From assembly GCA_024408505.1 (NCBI GenBank), contig JAKSUZ010000005.1, positions 2,055-66,054 on the forward strand: DNA of 64,000 nt, written 5' to 3'. The position numbers and the translations under genes were made by a program. Below, in pieces: positions 39,466 to 47,809 of this stretch. Each line of letters begins with the position of its first letter. The first letter of the stretch is position 1. This stretch comes from Bacilli bacterium. GTDB lineage: Bacteria > Bacillota_I > Bacilli_A > RFN20 > CAG-826. The notes beneath the pieces are model-generated. The model saw nothing but the letters and a program-made list of their open reading frames with translations. It made no database searches and was not told the origin of the DNA.

Positions 39466-40913
39466 TATTTAAGGAGCCAATCTTCTAAGCATTCTTTATT
39501 TATTTCAATTAATTCATCGAATAGTTGATCTTGTAATTTTGGTTCTAAACGAGAGACTTGTGGATCTCTTTTAAAGATAGCACGAAGTGCAGCTTTATCT
39601 TTTCTAAAATATGCTTCGACATATTCTTTTTGATTAGTGGCATGAAGCGTGACTCGGTCATGGAGATATTTATCTTTAATTACGCCACATTTAATAGGTT
39701 CAATATGATCTTTTGTAAATTTAGCGTTGGTTTCAACCGCTGTACCCATAGGTAAATCTTTCGCTTGTCCACGATTAACAACATTAACGTTACTAATTAA
39801 ATCACCTAATCCCATTAAAGCAATTAATTGAAGAGTACCCTCTTCACCGCTTTTGCCTGGTTTAAGTTTAACGAATGGACAATAAGCTTGAAATTTTAAT
39901 TGCCGTCTTCTTTTAATATCATTATGAATTCTCGATTTAACCGTAGTTAGTTCAAATCCGTTTTCAAAATGATACTCTTTTTTACCAAGCGGTAAAAATC
40001 TTTCAGGAATAAATTCCGCTAAGTGACGATCGCCCGCTGCCCCAAAAATCCCATTTTTTTGATAGATATCAAATTTAACTAAATGTTGTTTAGTGTATTC
40101 TTCGTGCATTGGAACAAAGGCTTTGTATAAAGGCATTAAATCCATATCTTTATAATGAGCTTCGTTAATGAAAGTAAAATGATTAATGCCTTGAACATTT
40201 GTATAAATTTCATGGCGGTCAAGATCTGGATTAAAGCTCTTAAAATGATCAAATGTGTATTTAGTTTTCTTTAATGCTTCCATCGTGCCTTTTAGATCCG
40301 ACTTCATAAAGCACTTCTTGCCTTCTTCATCCATCGCGTTATACATATCTAATAAATCGCATAGCATTTTTTGACTAGAGAAGACTTCGTGGCAACAACC
40401 AAATGCTTTAATCTCTGGGAATGCAAAGTATAAAGCATTAGTGCACATACTCATTGGATTAGTGTAGTTAATTACCCATGCATTCGGACAATTCTCTTTA
40501 ATCCTAAGTGCGAAGTACTTATAAGTACCTAATGTTCTTAATGCACGTGAATAGCCACCAACACCAACGGTGTCGCCGACTGGTTGATAAATCCCATATT
40601 TCTCAGCATGATGGACATCATGATACATGTTCTTCATCGTATAAGGAAGAATAGAAATAATGACAATGTCGCAACCTTTTAAAGCAGTGTTGATGTCAGT
40701 GTAAACTTCACATTTCCATTCCGTGTTGACCTTACCTTTATTATTTTTCATTAATTTTTCAAAATATTTTTTATTAACTTTCATCATTGTTTTATCAATG
40801 TCATAGAGTCTCATGGTTCCGCAAAGTTTATCTTGTAAAACTAAATCAGAAAAATATTTTTGGGCCCAGTTCTTACTGCCGCCTCCGATATAGCAAATTG
40901 TCACATTTTTCAT
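39465..40913 (-). CDS. GH4 family NAD/Mn-dependent glycosidase (LplD-like alpha-galacturonidase or alpha-galactosidase)
   Basis: 482 aa with N-terminal 'ICYIGGGS' dinucleotide fold and a 'GCCHEV' metal/catalytic block. AAGGAG Shine-Dalgarno sequence and a TTGACT-16-TATAAT promoter lie upstream. Confidence 0.8.
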   Translation of the reverse strand: MKNVTICYIGGGSKNWAQKYFSDLVLQDKLCGTMRLYDIDKTMMKVNKKYFEKLMKNNKGKVNTEWKCEVYTDINTALKGCDIVIISILPYTMKNMYHDVHHAEKYGIYQPVGDTVGVGGYSRALRTLGTYKYFALRIKENCPNAWVINYTNPMSMCTNALYFAFPEIKAFGCCHEVFSSQKMLCDLLDMYNAMDEEGKKCFMKSDLKGTMEALKKTKYTFDHFKSFNPDLDRHEIYTNVQGINHFTFINEAHYKDMDLMPLYKAFVPMHEEYTKQHLVKFDIYQKNGIFGAAGDRHLAEFIPERFLPLGKKEYHFENGFELTTVKSRIHNDIKRRRQLKFQAYCPFVKLKPGKSGEEGTLQLIALMGLGDLISNVNVVNRGQAKDLPMGTAVETNAKFTKDHIEPIKCGVIKDKYLHDRVTLHATNQKEYVEAYFRKDKAALRAIFKRDPQVSRLEPKLQDQLFDELIEINKECLEDWLLK

Positions 40914-40972
40914 AAAATGCTCTCCTTAATGTAGTATCTATTATAGTCTTGTAAAAATGTAAGTCAAAGGTA

Positions 40973-40994
40973 TTTTTATATATTAATATATAAA
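40973..40994. promoter_or_regulatory. 22-bp perfect palindrome (TTTTATATATT|AATATATAAAA) in the GH4/uxaC divergent promoter region; candidate operator
   Basis: Checked base by base. It lies between the minus-strand promoter (-35 at 40961-40966, -10 at 40939-40944) and the uxaC -10 box (41049-41054). It is flanked by direct repeats AAAAATGTA..CAAAG at about 40952 and about 41018. Confidence 0.4.
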
Positions 40995-41062
40995 AGCAAA
41001 AAATGTTCTAAAGAAGATAAAAATGTATCCAAAGCGTTTTATATAACATATAATATGTAAAT

Positions 41063-42445
41063 ATGAGTTACATAAAAAAGAATTTCTTACTTTCTAACAA
41101 AGTAAGTGAAGAGCTATATTTTAAATATGCTCAAAAAATGCCGATATTTGACTATCATTGCCATATCAGCGAAAAAGAGATCTTAGAGGATAAGCCATTT
41201 AATAACATTTATGAAATGTGGTTAAGTGGTGATCACTATAAGTGGAGATTAATGCGAAACGCTGGAGTGAATGAAGAGTTTATTACCGGTAAAGCCTCAC
41301 CAAAAGAAAAGTTTCTTGCTTATTGTGAAGCGCTTGGAACTGCCTATTTAAATCCTTTAACCCATTGGAGCCAACTAGAACTTAAGGCTTATTTTAATTG
41401 CGATATCGAAATCAATAAAGCAAACGCATTAAAGATTTGGAATCATTGTAATGATTATTTAAAGAAGCATAAGATCACACGTAGTTCCTTAATTAAAAAT
41501 AGCAATGTTAAATATATATTTACCACTAATGAAGCTTGGGATGATTTAACTATCTTTACCAAGATTAATAAAAAATATAAAGAATTTAAAGTTTATCCTG
41601 CTTTTAGAACCGATAAGTTTTTAAACATTGAAGCAAAGCTATTTAAAGACTACATAAAAAAATTAGGTAACATCTCTTCGCTTGATGAATTATTAAAAAC
41701 TTTGGAGAGTAAGTTAAAAGCGTTCGTGAAAGTTGGTTGCACCGCTTCTGATATGGGAGTTGAAAATGTTTATCCAGTTTCATCAAAAGCAATCGCTAGT
41801 AAGCTTTTCGCAAAGCGAATGAAAGGTGAATGCATATCAATTAGTGAGGCTAAACAATATAAAGGTTATATGGTTTATGCTTTATTAAAGATGTATCACA
41901 AATATCATATTCGTAGTGAGCTTCATTATGGCGCAATGAGAAATAACTCTACCAAAATGTTTAATAAGTTAGGATTAGACACAGGTTACGACTCAATCGC
42001 AGAAAATAATTCAATCTATAATCTTTCTAGATTAATGGATCGGTTAGACTTAGAAAATTCCTTACCACCTATGATTATCTTTAATCTTAACCCGGCTGCG
42101 AATTTAGAAATTATGTCCCTTATCAATTGCTTCCAAGACGATTCGTATCGTGGAAAGATTCAATATGGACCTGCTTGGTGGTTCCTTGATAACAAAGAAG
42201 GCATGATTAAGCATCTTAAAGACTTAACCGCTGTTGGTCATTTAGGAGTCTTTGTTGGCATGCTTACTGATTCAAGAAGTTTCCTTAGTTATACTCGTCA
42301 CCACTACTTTAGAAGAATTCTATGTGACTACTTAGGTAAAGCAATTGTAAACGGGGAAATGACCGATGATATTAAAAGCATCGGTAAAGTCATTGAAGAT
42401 ATCTCCTTCAATAACTCAGTAAAATATTTCGGCTTAAAGAAATAA
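41063..42445 (+). CDS. uxaC: Glucuronate isomerase (uronate isomerase)
   Basis: 460 aa with 'MPIFDYHCH', 'GDHYKWR' and 'GMLTDSRSFLSY' blocks typical of UxaC. Confidence 0.9.
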   Translation: MSYIKKNFLLSNKVSEELYFKYAQKMPIFDYHCHISEKEILEDKPFNNIYEMWLSGDHYKWRLMRNAGVNEEFITGKASPKEKFLAYCEALGTAYLNPLTHWSQLELKAYFNCDIEINKANALKIWNHCNDYLKKHKITRSSLIKNSNVKYIFTTNEAWDDLTIFTKINKKYKEFKVYPAFRTDKFLNIEAKLFKDYIKKLGNISSLDELLKTLESKLKAFVKVGCTASDMGVENVYPVSSKAIASKLFAKRMKGECISISEAKQYKGYMVYALLKMYHKYHIRSELHYGAMRNNSTKMFNKLGLDTGYDSIAENNSIYNLSRLMDRLDLENSLPPMIIFNLNPAANLEIMSLINCFQDDSYRGKIQYGPAWWFLDNKEGMIKHLKDLTAVGHLGVFVGMLTDSRSFLSYTRHHYFRRILCDYLGKAIVNGEMTDDIKSIGKVIEDISFNNSVKYFGLKK

Positions 42446-43441
42446 TTAAGCAAGAATTTTGAATAATTCTAAATCGATTTCGTATTTAGGTTTTTCGTTA
42501 TGTAAAACACGAAGCGCTTCTTCATACATATAGTTAGACATACGAACTACTTCATTACCGCTACTACCAGCGATATGAGGTGTAACCGTCACATTTGTAA
42601 GTTTAAAGTATAAAGAATCTTGTTCAGGTGGCTCAGGATAAGTAACGTCAAGCACAGCGCAAATCTTTGGATTATTTTTACATTTATTTAATAAAGCTTT
42701 TTCATCAACCTGTTGGCCACGACCGGTATTAATAAATGTTTGATTATCTTTTAAGCGATTAATTAAATCTTTATTAATCATTCCGACTGTTGAAGGTAAA
42801 TTGGCAATGTGATTAGAAATTACAATACACTTATCAAAAATTTCTTCTAATTTATCTACTTTATGAACTCCTAAGGTTTTCGCTTCTTCATGAGTGATAT
42901 TAGGAGCGTAGACATAAATATCTTCATTATGTTTAAGTAATTCTTTTACTACACCTTTAGCGATAGCGCCATAACCTAGAATTCCAATCTTGGTATGATA
43001 ATTGCCAGGAAAAATATTCATGATTTCGTGAGCATCTTTATAATTTTTTCTCGCATAAGTACTTAGTTGGAAAAATCCTTTAGTAGCTAATAATATTTGG
43101 CTAGTCGCATATTCAATTACAGGAACTGCATTTGCTTGCCAAGCCGAGAATACTCTTATCCCTAATTTCAAATATGGTTCAGCAAAATATTTAACGGTTC
43201 CAGCAGAATAGAAAATATATTTTAACTTTGGGAAAACTTTTTTAATTTCACTTTCGGTTAATACTGGCATGCCCCAAGTTCCAAAAATACATTCAACATC
43301 TTTAAAATCACCTTTTAATAACATATCCTTGTTATAACAAGCAGTATCAAAAGTGAATAGTTTAGCTAATTTATTTTTAACGTCTTGATCATAGACTCTT
43401 TTATATTGCCATTCTTGATCAGTAACAAATATTGCTCTCAT
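42446..43441 (-). CDS. D-isomer-specific 2-hydroxyacid dehydrogenase family, NAD-binding
   Basis: Contains 'GILGYGAIAKG' (GxGxxG) and 'TPHIAGSS'. The track start at 43459 is a GTG lying inside a TATAAT box, so ATG 43441 is preferred. Confidence 0.75.
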   Translation of the reverse strand: MRAIFVTDQEWQYKRVYDQDVKNKLAKLFTFDTACYNKDMLLKGDFKDVECIFGTWGMPVLTESEIKKVFPKLKYIFYSAGTVKYFAEPYLKLGIRVFSAWQANAVPVIEYATSQILLATKGFFQLSTYARKNYKDAHEIMNIFPGNYHTKIGILGYGAIAKGVVKELLKHNEDIYVYAPNITHEEAKTLGVHKVDKLEEIFDKCIVISNHIANLPSTVGMINKDLINRLKDNQTFINTGRGQQVDEKALLNKCKNNPKICAVLDVTYPEPPEQDSLYFKLTNVTVTPHIAGSSGNEVVRMSNYMYEEALRVLHNEKPKYEIDLELFKILA

Positions 43442-43488
43442 ATAATTAACATTATACACTCGCTTATTTTTTATTTATAATTAAAAAT

Positions 43489-44148
43489 ATGAAAAAGTTC
43501 CCAAATAAAAATGCAATCATTCCTAATAAAGTGAATCCGTCAGTTTGTTTTATTAAAAATTTAGTAAAAGATTCGAGAATTAAAATTGGCGATTACACCT
43601 ATATGGATCATGTCACTACTACCAAAGAATTTATGTCGCATGTTCAACATTTTTACCCTTTTAGTAAAGACAAATTAATAATTGGTAAGTTTTGCCAAAT
43701 CGCAAATAGCGTTAATTTTATTATGAACAACGCCAATCATAGAATGAACTGTGCGACTACTTATCCTTTTTATATTATGGGTGGAACTGGTTATTGGGGA
43801 GGCAATATGGCTCCTCATGAAAGTGAATTGCCTTATAAAGGTAACATTGTAATTGGTAATGATGTATGGATTGGTCAAAATGCAACTATTCTACCTGGTG
43901 TTCATATTGGTGATGGTGCTATTATTGGACTAAATGCTACAGTTGCTAAAGATATTCCACCTTATTCAATCGCGGTTGGCAACCCCGCACGTGTCGTTAA
44001 AAAACGTTTTGATAACGAAATGATTAAATTATTAGAACAATTAAAATGGTGGGATAAGTCGATTGAAGAAATTGATAAACTCATTCCTCTTTTAACTAAC
44101 TCGAACTTAAAACAAGTTAAAGCAAAATTAAAAAAGATAATTAAATAA
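43489..44148 (+). CDS. Vat-family streptogramin A / xenobiotic O-acetyltransferase (hexapeptide repeat)
   Basis: 219 aa. '[11 protein letters not shown]', 'NANHRM', 'TYPF', 'GNDVWIG', 'GDGAIIG', '[11 protein letters not shown]' and 'LKWWD' follow the Vat(A-E) pattern closely. Confidence 0.8.
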   Translation: MKKFPNKNAIIPNKVNPSVCFIKNLVKDSRIKIGDYTYMDHVTTTKEFMSHVQHFYPFSKDKLIIGKFCQIANSVNFIMNNANHRMNCATTYPFYIMGGTGYWGGNMAPHESELPYKGNIVIGNDVWIGQNATILPGVHIGDGAIIGLNATVAKDIPPYSIAVGNPARVVKKRFDNEMIKLLEQLKWWDKSIEEIDKLIPLLTNSNLKQVKAKLKKIIK

Positions 44149-45126
44149 TTATTCCCACTCAATCGTTCCGATTGGTTTTGGGGTTATATCGTACACAACG
44201 CGGTTAACATTTTTAACTTCTTTTAAAATTCGATTAGTGACTTTCTTAAGGAATGGATACGGAAGTTCTTCAATCGTAGCTGTCATTGCATCTTTTGTAT
44301 TCACCGCGCGAATAACTGCAACATAACCATATAGGCGTTTACCATTTATAACACCAGTACTTTTTCCTTCAGGAATGATGGTGAAATATTGCCAAACTTT
44401 TTGATCGAGTTTTGCTTTCTTAAATTCATCGCGGAGAATATAATCAGTATCTTTAAGTGCATTTAATCTATCTAATGTAATTGCACCTAAACATCTAACA
44501 CCTAAACCCGGGCCTGGGAACGGTTGACGATAAACCATGTCATGCGGTAGACCGAGCGCTAACCCAACTTGTCTTACTTCATCTTTAAATAAATATTTAA
44601 CTGGCTCCACTAATTCAAAATTAAGATCTTTTGGTAGACCACCAACATTGTGATGAGCCTTCACTCCTTTTGATTCTAAAATATCCGGATAGATCGTTCC
44701 TTGCGCTAAATAACTAACACCTTTAAGTTTCTTTGCTTCACGGGCGAATACATCAATAAATACTTTACCAATAATCTTTCTTTTCTTTTCGGGATCGTTG
44801 ACACCTTTTAATTTACCTAAAAATTCATTGCTGGCATCAACATAAATTAGATTAGCTTTCATGTTATGACGGAACACCTTGATTACTTGTTCAGGTTCAC
44901 CTTTACGAAGTAATCCATGATTAACATGGACACACACAAGGTTCTTACCAATGGCTTTAATTAAAAGTGCGGCAACTACACTAGAATCAACTCCACCAGA
45001 AAGCGCTAATAAAACTTTCTTTTTACCAACTTGCTTTCTAATAGCCTTAACTTGTTCATTAACAAATGCATTTGCCAAAGCCTTATTGGTAATGCGTTTC
45101 ATTTTTGGATTGCGAACATCTTTCAT
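44149..45126 (-). CDS. guaA: GMP synthase, ATP-pyrophosphatase plus dimerisation domains only (no glutamine amidotransferase domain)
   Basis: 325 aa with PP-loop 'LALSGGVDSSV' and 'HHNVGGLP'. The C-terminus '...GTIEWE' is typical of GuaA. Only about 40 residues precede the PP-loop. Confidence 0.85.
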   Translation of the reverse strand: MKDVRNPKMKRITNKALANAFVNEQVKAIRKQVGKKKVLLALSGGVDSSVVAALLIKAIGKNLVCVHVNHGLLRKGEPEQVIKVFRHNMKANLIYVDASNEFLGKLKGVNDPEKKRKIIGKVFIDVFAREAKKLKGVSYLAQGTIYPDILESKGVKAHHNVGGLPKDLNFELVEPVKYLFKDEVRQVGLALGLPHDMVYRQPFPGPGLGVRCLGAITLDRLNALKDTDYILRDEFKKAKLDQKVWQYFTIIPEGKSTGVINGKRLYGYVAVIRAVNTKDAMTATIEELPYPFLKKVTNRILKEVKNVNRVVYDITPKPIGTIEWE

Positions 45127-45137
45127 AATTTATCTCC

Positions 45138-45803
45138 TTATATTAATGCAAAATTTAAAACTATTAGCAATAAACCCGTAAAATATAGAGCGCTATTCAA
45201 ACGATGAATAAATTTGCTCTTAGGGAAAACGAATTTATGCAAAACAATGTCAAAATCACTGAGCATAAATAAAAACGTCCCAATACCAAATAGTAAAAAA
45301 TTAGGAACGTAGGCCACTAAGGCAATGCCAAAAGTGCCATTTAAAATAATAGTGGTTAAATACATCAACATTGGCAAACGTAATACACCTAATTTAAATA
45401 TATCTTGAAACTTATAGAACAAGAAGGCAAACAAAGAAACTAATAATGAAACAACTAATAAAACCCACCAAAATTGACTGATGCTAATTCTTCTAAGTTG
45501 AAGGATCATTATTTCATAAATGGTAAAGCAAATGTTTCCTGCTAAAAAGAAATCACCACCACGCTGGAAGGAAAATAAAAGGAAGATATCACCCATCATT
45601 GCTAGAAATAATGCAGCGAGCGCTAAATAATGAATTTGTCCCCATTGAGTGCAAATAAAATAGGCACCAAAAATAAAAAACATCAATGCCAATGTAATTT
45701 TATTGGGTGCTCTTAATTTCATATTACCACTTGTTTCGGTAAAGAAATAACAGCAAAGAACTACACAATAAATAACAATAAATGCAATAATTCCTGGATT
45801 CAT
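45138..45803 (-). CDS. YhhN/lysoplasmalogenase-like membrane protein
   Basis: 221 aa with about 7 TM segments. The 'MMGDIFLL' and 'FMLSDFDIVL' motifs resemble the conserved GD / SD motifs of the YhhN (TMEM86) family. Confidence 0.45.
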   Translation of the reverse strand: MNPGIIAFIVIYCVVLCCYFFTETSGNMKLRAPNKITLALMFFIFGAYFICTQWGQIHYLALAALFLAMMGDIFLLFSFQRGGDFFLAGNICFTIYEIMILQLRRISISQFWWVLLVVSLLVSLFAFLFYKFQDIFKLGVLRLPMLMYLTTIILNGTFGIALVAYVPNFLLFGIGTFLFMLSDFDIVLHKFVFPKSKFIHRLNSALYFTGLLLIVLNFALI

Positions 45804-45808
45804 ATATC

Positions 45809-46654
45809 TTATTCGCTAATTACTTCGTAAGTTGTGACATTTTTAACAACATCGCCATCAATTTGTAATGCACAAGGAGCAGAGAAAGTCACTTTAATAT
45901 GTTTACCCTGGAAGTGAGTAATGAATCTCTTCTTATTATGTTTCCCACCTGAGAATTTTGGGAAACGAAGTAATGTATGAATTCGACCAACACTACTTAA
46001 GACTACTAAATCACATTCATGTTTTTCGTTTAAACGATCTTGACTAGGAGCCGCCATCATACCGCCACCATAGTATTTACCATTCATAGCGCTTGCTAAC
46101 CAAACATGTTTAAAGACAGCCTTGATGCCATCAACTTCGACTTCAGCTATTTTTGTTTTAAATTTACCTAATAATAGACCGATTGCAATTTTCGTGTAAT
46201 CAATTTTTGCATTTGGATCTTTTTCACGAATCTCATCACCAATTAAACAAGTATCACCATCAATACCATAGCCAATACCATTAAGGAAACGACGTTTAAT
46301 TCCATTAACCTTAATTAAAGGTAAATGTTTTAAATAAGGTTTTAAATCAACACGACCTTCCTCTTCTTTATTAGCAACATCACGATAGAAGTCATTGCCT
46401 GATCCACATTTTGCATAACTTAATTTACATTTAAAATCGATACCATAAGTATCGTTCGCAAAACGATTAAGTGTTCCATCACCACCACAGAGGATGACTT
46501 CATCACTTGCTTTAACCTTTTTGAATAGTTCCTTAAAGTTTAAGCCAATCACGCTTTTAAAAATCGCTTTAGTGGTTAAACGTTCTGCCCATCTTTCGGC
46601 ATCCTGTTGACCATGCGAATTATTCGCTAATGGATTATATAAAATGTAGATCAT
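45809..46654 (-). CDS. Diacylglycerol/lipid kinase family protein (YegS/BmrU-like)
   Basis: 281 aa with 'ILCGGDGTLN' and 'GSGNDF' motifs. AGGAG Shine-Dalgarno sequence upstream. Confidence 0.8.
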   Translation of the reverse strand: MIYILYNPLANNSHGQQDAERWAERLTTKAIFKSVIGLNFKELFKKVKASDEVILCGGDGTLNRFANDTYGIDFKCKLSYAKCGSGNDFYRDVANKEEEGRVDLKPYLKHLPLIKVNGIKRRFLNGIGYGIDGDTCLIGDEIREKDPNAKIDYTKIAIGLLLGKFKTKIAEVEVDGIKAVFKHVWLASAMNGKYYGGGMMAAPSQDRLNEKHECDLVVLSSVGRIHTLLRFPKFSGGKHNKKRFITHFQGKHIKVTFSAPCALQIDGDVVKNVTTYEVISE

Positions 46655-46778
46655 AACAATCTCCTTATGTTATTAATATTATACTATAAGTATAATGTAA
46701 AGAAAAACTCCCATTAAGAGCATGCTTATTTTTGGATCAACAAGAGTATAAAGCAAACAGTTAATGTATAATAGAACT

Positions 46779-47477
46779 ATGAAGAAGTCTATATTTGTCG
46801 TTCCGTTAATGGCAATTTCTATGTTAGCTAGTTGTGGCAACAATAGTCTCGAAGCGCAGTTTAAACAATCAATCGTTCGTGCGATGGAAACGAAAGAAGA
46901 GAATATTCGTACTTTAGTTAATATTAGTAAAGACGATCCTAAAACCGTTTGGCAAGACGATAAAGTGCTGATGACAACATTTCATAATTATCCAGATTCA
47001 TATAAAGAAGGGGAAACCGTTACTCTTTATTGGGAAGCTTGGGTAACATCTGCAAAAGAATTTAGCGTGGTCTATAAAGAAAAAAAGAATTCATTTAAAA
47101 ATGACCCATCTTTAAGAATTAAACAACTATTAGGTCTAAATTATGAAAGCAAAAACCAATATATAACATCCTATTGGGTTAATCCTGATGATTTACTCCG
47201 TCCTGCTTACGTCACTGATATTACTAAACCAATGAAATTAACCTTTGACGAAGACATTACTCAAGATTATAAAGACTGGTTCTATAAACAATGTGGATCT
47301 TGTTACTATGGTGATAATCCATTCCCCTGGACATGCTTAGGTTACACCTATGATTGGTCGGATAACAATCGTTATGGATTAAGTGAATTTGTTATCATGA
47401 AAGAACAACAAGCCGAAGTTACAGTTGAAAAGACCGCACCAGTAGATGAATTTCTTAATTATTTAGAAGACCTTTAA
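46779..47477 (+). CDS. Lipoprotein, unknown function
   Basis: 'MKKSIFVVPLMAISMLASC' lipobox. The track start at 46764 (ATG TAT AAT) overlaps the TG-n-TATAAT -10 box, so ATG 46779 is preferred. Confidence 0.6.
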   Translation: MKKSIFVVPLMAISMLASCGNNSLEAQFKQSIVRAMETKEENIRTLVNISKDDPKTVWQDDKVLMTTFHNYPDSYKEGETVTLYWEAWVTSAKEFSVVYKEKKNSFKNDPSLRIKQLLGLNYESKNQYITSYWVNPDDLLRPAYVTDITKPMKLTFDEDITQDYKDWFYKQCGSCYYGDNPFPWTCLGYTYDWSDNNRYGLSEFVIMKEQQAEVTVEKTAPVDEFLNYLEDL

Positions 47478-47520
47478 TTTTAATTTATTCTCGAATAATA
47501 AATATAGTTTTCATATTAAA

Positions 47521-47543
47521 AAAATACTGACATAATCAGTATT
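47521..47543 (+). terminator. Rho-independent (bidirectional-type) terminator after the lipoprotein gene
   Basis: A 9-bp stem AAATACTGA/TCAGTATTT with a 5-nt loop, an A-run before it and a T-rich tract after it. Confidence 0.6.
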
Positions 47544-47554
47544 TAATTTATCAA

Positions 47555-47570
47555 TTGGTGCCCCCACGCG
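47555..47570. repeat. 16-nt exact copy of the 3' end of the tRNA gene at 48849..48864 (att-like direct repeat)
   Basis: TGGTGCCCCCACGCGG occurs at 47555-47570 and again at 48849-48864. The second copy is the acceptor / T-stem 3' strand plus CCA of the tRNA. Confidence 0.85.
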
Positions 47571-47602
47571 GGATTACATAACTATATTGTTCCAAAATGA
47601 GC

Positions 47603-47693
47603 AAAAAAGTTCTTTTTATGCTCTTTTGTTTTCTTTTTGTTTCTTTTCGGTTTTAAAATTGTTCTTTTTCGTTCAAAAACGTTCTTTTTCGGC
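47603..47693. repeat. Iteron-like direct repeats of AAAA(n2)GTTCTTTTT(CG)
   Basis: The core GTTCTTTTT occurs at 47609-47617, 47661-47669 and 47681-47689. The last two copies are 20 bp apart and match at 15 of 17 positions. T-rich degenerate copies lie in between. Confidence 0.6.
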
Positions 47694-47809
47694 TATCGAG
47701 GTGATCTACAGAAAGTAGATAGACATAAAAAGAAAACGCCGTTTCCGGCATTTCCATAATAGCCATTAATTTCTTAATGCTATAATAATATTACATATCG
47801 GAGCTTAAT

